A model generated the notes under the pieces. That model did no database searches. It saw only the letters and a program-made list of their open reading frames with translations, and was not told the origin of the DNA. The translations under genes and the position numbers were made by a program. Source: Vicinamibacteria bacterium (GTDB lineage: Bacteria; Acidobacteriota; Vicinamibacteria; Marinacidobacterales; Marinacidobacteraceae). From it: a stretch of 64,000 nucleotides of DNA. Position 1 is the first letter of the stretch; each line of letters begins with the position of its first letter. Shown piece after piece: positions 17,985 through 26,946 of this stretch. The DNA lies in NCBI GenBank assembly GCA_963422395.1, contig OY729431.1, positions 736,001-800,000 on the forward strand, in the 5' to 3' direction.

Positions 17985-20579
17985 ATGCGGCGTTTGACTT
18001 TCGATGGCGAGGCGAGGGTCGGCCGCGTTCCCTTTGCGATTTCCGTTTTCCTGATTTCCCTGCTGCCGATTGCCGCCGGGGCCTCTTCGGCTGCGGCAGC
18101 ACCGTCTCTCCCACCGTCCTCGCCGCAGGCGTCAGCGGTCGAAGGATCGCCGCCGCTTTCCGCTTCTGCGCTGTCGGCGGTGCGTGGGTGGTCGTCGGGG
18201 TCGGGGTCGGGGGTGGGGGTTTCAGGAGTTGGGGCTGGGTCGTCGGCGGAGCACAACCGGATGGTTCGGATGTATTGCGTGGTGTGTCACAACGACCGGA
18301 TGCGGACGGGGAACATGTCGTTGTCGGGTTTCGATGCGGGGGATGCGTCGTCGAGTCCGGAGTTGTCGGAGAAGGTGGTGTCGAAGCTGCGTTTGGGGAT
18401 GATGCCGCCGCCAGGGGCGCGTCGTCCGGCGGAGGAGGTATTGGAGGAGGTTGCGGGGTCTTTGGAGGGTCAGTTGGATCGGAATGCGGAGGAGCATCCG
18501 AATCCGGGGAGGCGTTCGTTTCAGCGTTTGAATCGTGCGGAGTACACGGCGGCGGTTCGGGATTTGCTGGCGTTGCCGGTGGATGCTGCGGAGTATTTGC
18601 CTCAGGACACGATCAGCGCGAACTTCGACAACATCGCGGATGTTCAGTTGTTGTCGGCGACATTGATGGATTCGTATTTGCGTGCGGCGGGCGAGATCAG
18701 TCGGCTGGCCGTGGGCGATCCGAACGCTGCGCCCGCCGAGACCGGCTACCATGTGTCGCGTTGGGCGTCCCAGCTGGACCAGGTCGAGGGCGCTCCGTAC
18801 GGAACCCGCGGCGGGATCGCGGTGGAGCATGTCTTTCCCGCTGACGGTGCATACCGATTCCGAGTGGCGTTCCACCATGAGACGACCGGCGCGATCGTGG
18901 GTTCGGGATCGAGTTCGCTCCATACCCTGGACGCTCCGGAACGAGTGGAGATCTCGATCGACGGCGAGCGGGTGGCGCTGCTCACGGTCGACCGCTGGAT
19001 GCATGTCTCCGATCCCGACGGGGTCAACTTGCGGACCGAGCCCATCTTCGTCCGCGGGGGGCCGCGCCGGGTTGCTGCTGCCTTCCTGAAACATTACGAG
19101 GGTCCGGTCCTCGACTTGATCTCTCCGCACGACTGGTCGCTGGCGAGCACCGCGACCTCGAGGACCTACGGCATCCACAATGTCCCCCACCTGCGGGATT
19201 TCTTCATCACCGGTCCGTTCGAGGCGACGGGGGTATCGGAGACGCCGAGTCGGAGTCGGATATTCGGTTGTCGTCCACTGTCGTCGGAGGAGGCGGTTGG
19301 GTGCGCGGAGGAGATCTTGGGACGTTTGGGGCGTTTGGCGTATCGCCGGAGTTTGACGGGGGAGGAGTTGGGAGCGTTGATGGAGCTGTATGCGTCGGGT
19401 TCGGAGAGTGTGGGTTTCGAGGAGGGGATTCGGATGGGGATCGAGGGGATGCTGGCGAGTCCGAACTTCGTATTTCGGATCGAGGAGCCGGTGGATCCCC
19501 GTGAGGCGGCGTTCGGGTATCGGCTGAGCGACACGGACCTGGCGTCTCGTTTGTCGTTTTATCTTTGGGGGACGATACCGGACGAGGAGTTGCTGGATTC
19601 GGCGGAGTCGGGGCGTTTGTCGGATGCGGAGGAGTATGAGGGTCAGGTGCGTCGGATGCTGTCGGATCCGCGTTCGCTGGCGTTGTCGAAGCGTTTTGCG
19701 AGCCAGTGGTTTCGGTTACAGGATTTGGAGAAGATCAACCCGAACGTGCGTTTGTTTCCGGATTTCCATCAGCAGCTGAAGGAGGCGATGGTGGAGGAGA
19801 CGGAGCGTTTTTTCCATCATTTGGTATTGGAGGACCGGAGCGTATTGGAGTTGTTCACGGCGGACTACACATTCGTGAATGAGCGATTGGCGAAGCACTA
19901 CGGGATGACGGGGGTAGCGGGGCCGGAGCACCGTTTGGTGCGGTATGGGGATGCGGGCCGGCGTGGGATATTCGGTCACGGGAGCATTTTGACATTGACT
20001 TCGCATCCGTATCGGACATCGGCGGTGCTGCGGGGCAAGTGGGTGATGGAGGTATTGCTGGGGAGCCCGCCGCCGCCGCCGCCGCCGAATGTTCCGGACC
20101 TGGACGCGACGGCGGCGACGGCGGATGGGCGTGAGCTGACGGCGCGGGAGCGTTTGGAGATCCATCGGGACAACCCGGCGTGCCGTTCGTGCCACCGGAT
20201 GATGGACCCGATCGGGTTGGCGCTGGAGCACTACGATGTGACGGGTCGGGAGCGGGTGAAGGACTCGGGGCAGCCGATCGATGCGTCGGGAGAGTTCTAC
20301 GACGGGACGGCGATTCGGGATGTGGGTGATCTGCGGGCGGCGCTGCTGCTGCGGCCGACGCCGCTGCTGCGGACGTTCACGGAGAACCTGATGGCGTATG
20401 CGTTGGGGAGGCGGGTGGAGTATTACGATCAGCCGCGGGTGCGAGAGATCGTGCGCGAGGCGGCGGAGTCGGACTATCGGATGTCGGCGTTCTTGTTGGG
20501 CGTGGCGCGGAGTCCGGCGTTCCAGAGGAAGGGAGTTTCGGAGCCGTCGCCGGTGGCGACGGAGCTGGGCGAGCCCTGA
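17985..20579 (+). CDS. DUF1592-family cytochrome-c domain protein, copy 2
   Basis: Same motifs as copy 1, with a different N-terminus and central domain. Confidence 0.85.
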   Translation: MRRLTFDGEARVGRVPFAISVFLISLLPIAAGASSAAAAPSLPPSSPQASAVEGSPPLSASALSAVRGWSSGSGSGVGVSGVGAGSSAEHNRMVRMYCVVCHNDRMRTGNMSLSGFDAGDASSSPELSEKVVSKLRLGMMPPPGARRPAEEVLEEVAGSLEGQLDRNAEEHPNPGRRSFQRLNRAEYTAAVRDLLALPVDAAEYLPQDTISANFDNIADVQLLSATLMDSYLRAAGEISRLAVGDPNAAPAETGYHVSRWASQLDQVEGAPYGTRGGIAVEHVFPADGAYRFRVAFHHETTGAIVGSGSSSLHTLDAPERVEISIDGERVALLTVDRWMHVSDPDGVNLRTEPIFVRGGPRRVAAAFLKHYEGPVLDLISPHDWSLASTATSRTYGIHNVPHLRDFFITGPFEATGVSETPSRSRIFGCRPLSSEEAVGCAEEILGRLGRLAYRRSLTGEELGALMELYASGSESVGFEEGIRMGIEGMLASPNFVFRIEEPVDPREAAFGYRLSDTDLASRLSFYLWGTIPDEELLDSAESGRLSDAEEYEGQVRRMLSDPRSLALSKRFASQWFRLQDLEKINPNVRLFPDFHQQLKEAMVEETERFFHHLVLEDRSVLELFTADYTFVNERLAKHYGMTGVAGPEHRLVRYGDAGRRGIFGHGSILTLTSHPYRTSAVLRGKWVMEVLLGSPPPPPPPNVPDLDATAATADGRELTARERLEIHRDNPACRSCHRMMDPIGLALEHYDVTGRERVKDSGQPIDASGEFYDGTAIRDVGDLRAALLLRPTPLLRTFTENLMAYALGRRVEYYDQPRVREIVREAAESDYRMSAFLLGVARSPAFQRKGVSEPSPVATELGEP
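18170..18742 (+). repeat. Constant tract A, copy 2
   Basis: Near-identical to 12072-12644; includes the G4 motif at 18197-18219. Confidence 0.9.
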
Positions 20580-20593
20580 GCTAGGAGAGAGCG

Positions 20594-21976
20594 ATGCACT
20601 ATCTGACAGGGAAGAGAGTTCCGCGGCGGAGTTTTCTGCGGGGAGCGGGTGCGGCGGTGGCGCTGCCGTTTCTGGATGCGATGGTTCCGGCGAGCGTGAT
20701 TGCGAAGCCGGGGGCGTCGGAGCGAACGCGGCTGGTGGCGATCGAGATCGTGCACGGCGCGGCGGGGAGCAACGAGTATGGGCGGGAGCAGAACCTGTGG
20801 TCGCCGGCTGCGGAGGGTGCGGAGTTCGATCTGTCCGAGGGTGCGTTGAGCCCGCTTGCGCCGTATCGGGACCATGTGACGATCGTGAGCGATTGTGATG
20901 TGGAGCCGGCAGAGGCGGAGACGGCGCGTGAGATCGGAGGGGACCACTTCCGTTCGAGCGCGGCGTTCCTGACGCAGTCGCATCCGAAGCAGACGGAGGG
21001 TTCGGATGTGCACGCGGGGACTTCGCTGGACCAGCTGTATGCGGCGCGCTTCGGCCAGGAGACGCCGATTCCTTCGATGCAGCTGTGCATCGAGACGGTG
21101 GACCAAGCGGGAGGGTGCGCGTACGGGTATGCGTGCGTGTACACGGACACGATCAGCTGGGCGTCGCCGACGCAGCCGCTGCCGATGACGCGGGACCCGC
21201 GGATCGTGTTCGATCAGCTGTTCGGCGCGGGGGGGACGCCGGAGGGCCGAGTGGCGCGTCAGCAGGCGCGCAAGAGCGTGCTGGACTTCATCGGAGAGGA
21301 AGTCCGGCGGCTCCAGGGGGCGCTGGACCCGGAGGATGTGCGGCGGATGGACCGGTATCTGACGGACATCCGTGAGATGGAGCGTCGGATCGAGCGGATC
21401 GTGGAGCGGAACACGAGCGGAGAGCTGCGTGACCTGCCGGAGGCGCCGTCGGGAGTCCCGGACTCGTTCGACGAGCATGTGAAGATCATGTTCGACCTGC
21501 AGGCGCTGGCGTTCCAGTCGGACATGACGCGGGTGTTCAGCTTCAAGCTGGGACGGGATGCGTCGAGCCGGGTGTATCCGGAGAGCGGAGAAGCGACGGC
21601 GTTCCACCCGGCATCGCACCACGGGAACGACCCGGAGCGGGTGGAGGTTCTGGGACGGATCAATCGGTACCATGTGGGCTTGGTCCCGTATTTCATGGAG
21701 CGGCTCGCGGGGATCGAGGAGGGAGACCGCTCGCTGCTGGACAAGACGATGATCCTGTATGGGTCCCCGATGGGAGACCCGAACATCCACAACCACAAGC
21801 GGGTTCCGTTCTTCGTCGCAGGCGGTGCGAACGGGGCGCTGGAGCATGGCCTGCATTTGCGGGCGGCGGCGGGTACGCCGCTGGCGAACGTGATGCTGAC
21901 GCTGTTGCACGAGCTGGGTCTGGACGACCTCCCGCGCTTCGGAAACAGCACCGGAGAGTTCTCCCTTTCGGCGTGA
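20594..21976 (+). CDS. DUF1552 domain protein, copy 2 (identical to copy 1)
   Basis: 460-aa translation identical to 14496-15878. Confidence 0.85.
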   Translation: MHYLTGKRVPRRSFLRGAGAAVALPFLDAMVPASVIAKPGASERTRLVAIEIVHGAAGSNEYGREQNLWSPAAEGAEFDLSEGALSPLAPYRDHVTIVSDCDVEPAEAETAREIGGDHFRSSAAFLTQSHPKQTEGSDVHAGTSLDQLYAARFGQETPIPSMQLCIETVDQAGGCAYGYACVYTDTISWASPTQPLPMTRDPRIVFDQLFGAGGTPEGRVARQQARKSVLDFIGEEVRRLQGALDPEDVRRMDRYLTDIREMERRIERIVERNTSGELRDLPEAPSGVPDSFDEHVKIMFDLQALAFQSDMTRVFSFKLGRDASSRVYPESGEATAFHPASHHGNDPERVEVLGRINRYHVGLVPYFMERLAGIEEGDRSLLDKTMILYGSPMGDPNIHNHKRVPFFVAGGANGALEHGLHLRAAAGTPLANVMLTLLHELGLDDLPRFGNSTGEFSLSA

Positions 21977-21980
21977 GCCG
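21968..21980 (+). repeat. 13-bp direct repeat left of the TBDR gene
   Basis: TCGGCGTGAGCCG, repeated at 24975-24987. Confidence 0.75.
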
Positions 21981-22042
21981 AAGACCTGGAAAGGGCGTTT
22001 CGCGCTAGTTCACTGTTTTTCTGGAAGATGAGGATTCCTTTC

Positions 22043-24916
22043 ATGTACAAAGTGTTTATGCACAAAATTCCCATGTTGGTCTTGCCAACGCTACTCATGG
22101 CGGTTTCCGCGCCTGCCCAGCAGACCGGGACGGTCACGGGGACGGCGTCGGATGAGCAGGGTGCGGTATTGCCTGGGGTGGCGGTGACGGTGGACAGCGA
22201 TGCGTTGATAGCGCCGCGCAGCACGACGACCGGGTCTGGGGGTTCTTACAGCCACCCGGCGCTTCCGCCGGGTGAGTATCGGGTGACCTTCGCGCTGTCG
22301 GGTTTCCAGACGGTGATTCAGGAGGGGGTCCGGGTGAGCGTGGCGCGGACGCTGGAGGTGAACGCGACGATGGGACTTTCCGGGGTGGAGGAGACGGTGA
22401 CGGTGACGGGGGACGCCCCGGTGGTGGATGTGCGCAGCGCGACGATCCAGACGAACATCGAGCGGGAGTTGCTGGAGGCGGTACCCACGGGACGGAATCC
22501 ATGGGTGATGGCGGGGCTGGTTCCGGGGATGGTGACGACCCGGATCGATGTCGGTGGGAGCAACGGGATGCAGCAGTACGGCATGGAGATTTTCGGATCG
22601 TCGGCGACGATGCAGAGTTTTCAGGTGGACGGTCTGAAGGTGAACTGGCCTGGGGGGACCGGGGGTTGGACGATGCAGTACTACGGATTTTCGATGTATG
22701 AGGAGTTCAACTTCCAGACCTCGACGCACACTGCGGAGTCGGACACCGGCGGGGTTTTGATGAACATGGTGGTGAAGTCTGGGGGGAACGAGTTCAGCGG
22801 CGACGCGATCGGGCTGTACAACGCGACGGACCTGCAGGGGGAGCCGGCGGAGGCGGGGGGTGCGCCGATCACGCGATCTTTGGACCTGAACGGGACCCTC
22901 GGGGGCCCGATCGTGCGGGACCGGGCGTGGTTTTTCACTGCCTATCGGCACTGGGTGCACGATCAGGAGGTGACGGTTCCGGCGGACTATGTGGGAGCGA
23001 CGCCGGTGGACGACAATCGGATTCGCAATCTTTCGGGGAAGTTGACTTGGCAGGCGAGCGACAACGATCGCCTTTTCGTGACGCTGCAGCGGAACTGGAA
23101 GCAGCGTTTCCACCGGCGCGACAGTCCGTATACGGCGGTTCCGGACGATCTCGCCCGGTTCCAGGACCAGTGGGCCGACAACGCCATCCTGTCCTACAAC
23201 CGGGTGCTGGGCGATGCGGCGCTGCTGGATCTCCGCTTCGGGAGGATGTGGGGAACCACTCCGTACATTCTGTATTCCGAGTATTGCGGGGTTCCGGTGG
23301 ACGAGTATCCGGACGCCCGCCCCTGTACCGAGAACGACATATCGGTCATCGACCCGGTGCGTGCGGAGCAGTTCAACGCGGATCGGCGTGGGGAGTATTG
23401 GAACCCGAACTACCGCAACCAGTTCAACGGCTCGCTGACCTACTACCTGGACACGGCATCTGGTTCGCACAACTTCAAGGTCGGTGCGCAGGCGTCGCGA
23501 GAGGGGATGGACACCCGGACCTTCAAGAGCGGTGATGCGTATGGGGAGCTGAGCGACGGGGTTCCGAGCCGGATCAACATTTCGAGGACTCCGAACTTCA
23601 AGATGGAGAGGTTGAACACCTGGGGGGCGTTCATCCAGGATGCCTGGACGATCGGGGACCGGCTGACGCTGAACCTCGGGGTGCGGCTCGACGGGATCTA
23701 TGGTTATGTTCCGGAGCAGAGCAGTCCGGCGGGGACTTGGACTGCGCTTTCGGACCAGCTCGCCGGGGACATTTTTTCGGTGAACAGCGAGATCACGGGG
23801 TTGCCGGACTGGCCGCTGAACATCGGCCCGCGGCTGAGCTTCGCCTACGACCTTTTCGGCGACGGCCGCGCGGCGCTGAAGGGTGGCTGGGGCCGTTACT
23901 ACACGCAGATGGGGAGCGCGCTGCCAGCGAGCGCGAACCCGAACGGGGGGTCTTCCGCCTGGGTGGGTTGGAACGATCTCGACGGGGACAAGCTGGTGGA
24001 CATCGGGCCCTCGGGGACCCTGGCGGACAGCCCCGAGGTGGACCTGAGCAAGTTCGAGGGATTCACGGGGGGGGCGACCACGGTGTACGACCGTGACGCG
24101 AACCGGCCGTACAGCGACGACATATCGCTGGGAGTGGACATGACGATGGGGTCGGATGTGTCGATCAGCGCGACGTACCATCGGCGCCAACACCGGGATT
24201 CGCTGGGGGTTCTGAACCGGGCTCGCCCGCCGTCCGGCTACGAGCAGAGCAGTTTTTCCTGTTCCAACTGTCCGGAATCTTCCTATACGGTCTATGAGCT
24301 GAAGGATGAGTATCGCGGTCTCCAGGACAATGTGATCACGAGTATCGACAAGCTGCAGAGCAACTACAACGGGGTTGCGGTGCAGATCCAGAAGCGTTTT
24401 TCGAACCGCTGGCAGCTGCTGGGGGGGGCGACCTTTTCGAGCCACCGTGGGGTACCGCACGCGTTGCCGTGGGACAACACCGACTGGAACAACCCGAACC
24501 GGGAGATCAACCGGCTGGACGGAGCGGTGCTGACGGATGTGCCGTGGGTATTCAATGTAGCGGGGAGCTACCTGGCTCCGTACGACATCCAGGTCGGCTG
24601 GAACTATCGTGCGAGGGCGGGGAACCCGCTGGTATCGACGGCGCGGGCGACGGGGCTGGTTCAGGGTTCGGAGTCGATCTACGCCTACGAGCGTGGCGAC
24701 GAACGGACCGAGACGATCACGGATTTGCTGGACATCAACCTCCGCAAGGGTTTCGATCTCGAGGGGGTGCGGGTCGAGTTCGGCGCGGACATGGCGAACA
24801 TTTTCAACTCGCAGAAGGCGGACGCCTTGATCACGGGCTTCGGCTCGCGCTATCTGCAGCCGTCCCGCGTGCTGCCCCCGCGAATCTTCCGCTTCACCGC
24901 GAAACTGCTCTTCTGA
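22043..24916 (+). CDS. TonB-dependent receptor with N-terminal carboxypeptidase-regulatory-like domain (Oar-like)
   Basis: GAGGA Shine-Dalgarno before ATG 22043 (alternative start 22028); GTVTGTASDEQGAVLPGV, ETVTVTG, KSGGNEFSG, FIQDAWTIGDRLTLNLGVRLD, PRLSFAYDLFG; terminal Phe. Confidence 0.85.
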   Translation: MYKVFMHKIPMLVLPTLLMAVSAPAQQTGTVTGTASDEQGAVLPGVAVTVDSDALIAPRSTTTGSGGSYSHPALPPGEYRVTFALSGFQTVIQEGVRVSVARTLEVNATMGLSGVEETVTVTGDAPVVDVRSATIQTNIERELLEAVPTGRNPWVMAGLVPGMVTTRIDVGGSNGMQQYGMEIFGSSATMQSFQVDGLKVNWPGGTGGWTMQYYGFSMYEEFNFQTSTHTAESDTGGVLMNMVVKSGGNEFSGDAIGLYNATDLQGEPAEAGGAPITRSLDLNGTLGGPIVRDRAWFFTAYRHWVHDQEVTVPADYVGATPVDDNRIRNLSGKLTWQASDNDRLFVTLQRNWKQRFHRRDSPYTAVPDDLARFQDQWADNAILSYNRVLGDAALLDLRFGRMWGTTPYILYSEYCGVPVDEYPDARPCTENDISVIDPVRAEQFNADRRGEYWNPNYRNQFNGSLTYYLDTASGSHNFKVGAQASREGMDTRTFKSGDAYGELSDGVPSRINISRTPNFKMERLNTWGAFIQDAWTIGDRLTLNLGVRLDGIYGYVPEQSSPAGTWTALSDQLAGDIFSVNSEITGLPDWPLNIGPRLSFAYDLFGDGRAALKGGWGRYYTQMGSALPASANPNGGSSAWVGWNDLDGDKLVDIGPSGTLADSPEVDLSKFEGFTGGATTVYDRDANRPYSDDISLGVDMTMGSDVSISATYHRRQHRDSLGVLNRARPPSGYEQSSFSCSNCPESSYTVYELKDEYRGLQDNVITSIDKLQSNYNGVAVQIQKRFSNRWQLLGGATFSSHRGVPHALPWDNTDWNNPNREINRLDGAVLTDVPWVFNVAGSYLAPYDIQVGWNYRARAGNPLVSTARATGLVQGSESIYAYERGDERTETITDLLDINLRKGFDLEGVRVEFGADMANIFNSQKADALITGFGSRYLQPSRVLPPRIFRFTAKLLF

Positions 24917-24974
24917 TGTTCTCGGGAGCGCGTCTTTGAGTTTCGACTGCTGCGCGGGAGCGCTGTTCTCGCTG

Positions 24975-24987
24975 TCGGCGTGAGCCG
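24975..24987 (+). repeat. 13-bp direct repeat right of the TBDR gene, preceded by a remnant of the DUF1552 3' end
   Basis: gttctcgctgTCGGCGTGAGCCG versus gttctccctTTCGGCGTGAGCCG; both read FSLSA-stop. Confidence 0.7.
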
Positions 24988-25015
24988 GGGGCGCGCCGGG
25001 GAGGAGACCTGGAAA

Positions 25016-26854
25016 ATGGAGATGGAGAGGAACGGAGAGAGGCGTAGGGCGGGACTGTTGCTGGTTTTCGCGGCAGGGCTTGCGGCGGCGTGCCTATCGT
25101 TGGCGGGGGCCTCGTTCGCGGCGCGGGTGCCGCCGGTTCTGGAGGCGGCGAAGCGTGGAGATGTCGAGGCGCTGCGGTCGGAGCTGCGGTCGGGGGGAGA
25201 TGTGAACACGGCGCAGGGGGACGGTTTCACCGCGCTGCACTGGGCGGCGAAGACGGGGAGCCGCGAGGTGGCGGAGGTGTTGATCGCGGCGGGAGCGGAC
25301 CTTCGGGCGACGACGCGGCTGGGAAGCCACATGCCGTTGCATGTGGCGGCGGCAGCGGGGCAGCCGGGGGTTGCGGAAGCGCTGCTCGAGGCCGGCGCTC
25401 CGGTCGCTGCAGCCACCGGAACCGGCGCTCGGCCCATCCACTTCGCCGCCGCCTCCGGGAACCCCTCCCTGATTGAAGTGCTGCTCGCTCACGGCGCTTC
25501 GCCCGACGCTCGGGAGAGCGCGTGGGGGCGCACCCCGCTCATGTTCGCCGCGGTCAACGATCGGGCTGAAGCCGTTCGGGTGATCATGGAGGCTGGGGCG
25601 GATCCCTCGATCACCGCGGAGATCCTCGATGTAGTGGAGCGCGCCCGGCTGGACATGGAAGAACGGCGCGCTCGGCAGGCCCGCCTCGCCGAGGAGCGGG
25701 GCGGGACCGGCATCATCGAGGCCGAACGTCCGCTGCCCGCCAACGGGACTGACCGCCGCGCACCGAAAGGGACGGGTGCTGCGGGGACGGCCGGTCTGCC
25801 GCCGGATCCCCTCGAGCCGGACCCCGACTCGGAGCGCGATCCGAACGAGCCGAAGCCGATCACTTACGAAGAGCGCGTCGGCACCCACGGCGGGTTGACC
25901 GCCCTGCTGCTCGCTGCCCGGGAAGGCCGTATCGAGAGTGCGCTCGCCCTGCTCGACGCCGGCGCCGCTATCGACCAGCGCGCCGCCGGCAGCGGAACGA
26001 CTCCGCTTCTGATGGCGACCATCAACGGTCACTTCGATCTCTCGATGGAGTTGCTCGCACGGGGCGCCGACCCGACGCTCGCGGATGCGCAGGGAGCCAC
26101 GCCGCTCTACGGCGCGGTCAACACCCGATGGATCCCCAAGGCGCGCCATCCGCAACCGGCCGACTACCTCCAGCAGAAGACTTCGCATCTCGAGCTCCTG
26201 CAGGCGCTGCTCGACGCCGGCGCCGAGGTGAACGCCCAGATCGAGAGCTCGCTCTGGTACACAGTCTTCAATGTGGACCAGTTGGGTGTGGACCGCAGCG
26301 GTGCGACAGCCTTCTGGCGGGCGGCCTATTCGCTCGACATCCCGGCGATGAAGCTGCTCGTGGCCAATGGTGCCGACCCCCACATCCCGACGACCCGGGT
26401 GCCGGAGCGGCGGCGTCTTCCCCGGCTCGTCGAAGACGACGCGGCTGATCCGTCGGGCCTGCCGCCCACTGCCTTCGGAGGGCCGGCGGTCTATCCGATC
26501 CACGCCGCTGCTGGGGTGGGCTACGGACTCGGGCTCGCCGCGAATTCACACCGCCACGCTCCCGACGCCTGGCTGCCGGCAGTGCGGTACCTGGTGGAGG
26601 AGTGCGGGGCCGATGTAACCCTGCGCGACCACAACGGGTACAGCACGATCCATCACGCGGCTTCGCGCGGGGATACCGAGATGGTGCAGTACCTGATCGA
26701 CGAGGGGGCGGATCCGCTCGCAGTGGCGCGCACCGGCCAAACGACCATAGATCTCGCCAACGGTCCGGTGCAGCGCATCAATCCGTTCCCGGAAACGATC
26801 GCCCTGCTCGAAAGGTACGGCGTGAAGAACAACCACGCCTGCGTCGGCTGCTGA
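25016..26854 (+). CDS. Secreted ankyrin-repeat protein with C-terminal CxxC, copy 2
   Basis: 5' end near-identical to copy 1 at offset 9105 up to 25482; ends NNHACVGC. Confidence 0.85.
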   Translation: MEMERNGERRRAGLLLVFAAGLAAACLSLAGASFAARVPPVLEAAKRGDVEALRSELRSGGDVNTAQGDGFTALHWAAKTGSREVAEVLIAAGADLRATTRLGSHMPLHVAAAAGQPGVAEALLEAGAPVAAATGTGARPIHFAAASGNPSLIEVLLAHGASPDARESAWGRTPLMFAAVNDRAEAVRVIMEAGADPSITAEILDVVERARLDMEERRARQARLAEERGGTGIIEAERPLPANGTDRRAPKGTGAAGTAGLPPDPLEPDPDSERDPNEPKPITYEERVGTHGGLTALLLAAREGRIESALALLDAGAAIDQRAAGSGTTPLLMATINGHFDLSMELLARGADPTLADAQGATPLYGAVNTRWIPKARHPQPADYLQQKTSHLELLQALLDAGAEVNAQIESSLWYTVFNVDQLGVDRSGATAFWRAAYSLDIPAMKLLVANGADPHIPTTRVPERRRLPRLVEDDAADPSGLPPTAFGGPAVYPIHAAAGVGYGLGLAANSHRHAPDAWLPAVRYLVEECGADVTLRDHNGYSTIHHAASRGDTEMVQYLIDEGADPLAVARTGQTTIDLANGPVQRINPFPETIALLERYGVKNNHACVGC

Positions 26855-26946
26855 ACGCGCTCCTCCGGGAAGCCCATCCGCCCTCCCGGCCCCCCCTCGA
26901 TACTTCCTCGCCGATTTTTCCAGCCGTCCTCGGAGGCCGCTGCCTC

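Larger units (their letters stand above)
19211..21980 (+). repeat. Constant tract B, copy 2
   Basis: Identical by eye to 13113-15882. Confidence 0.92.

Noticed and set aside
12645-19210. Diversity-generating retroelement (TR/VR pair) as the explanation for the variable windows
   Set aside because: No reverse transcriptase in the window, both copies are coding, and the differences involve all four bases rather than adenines only.
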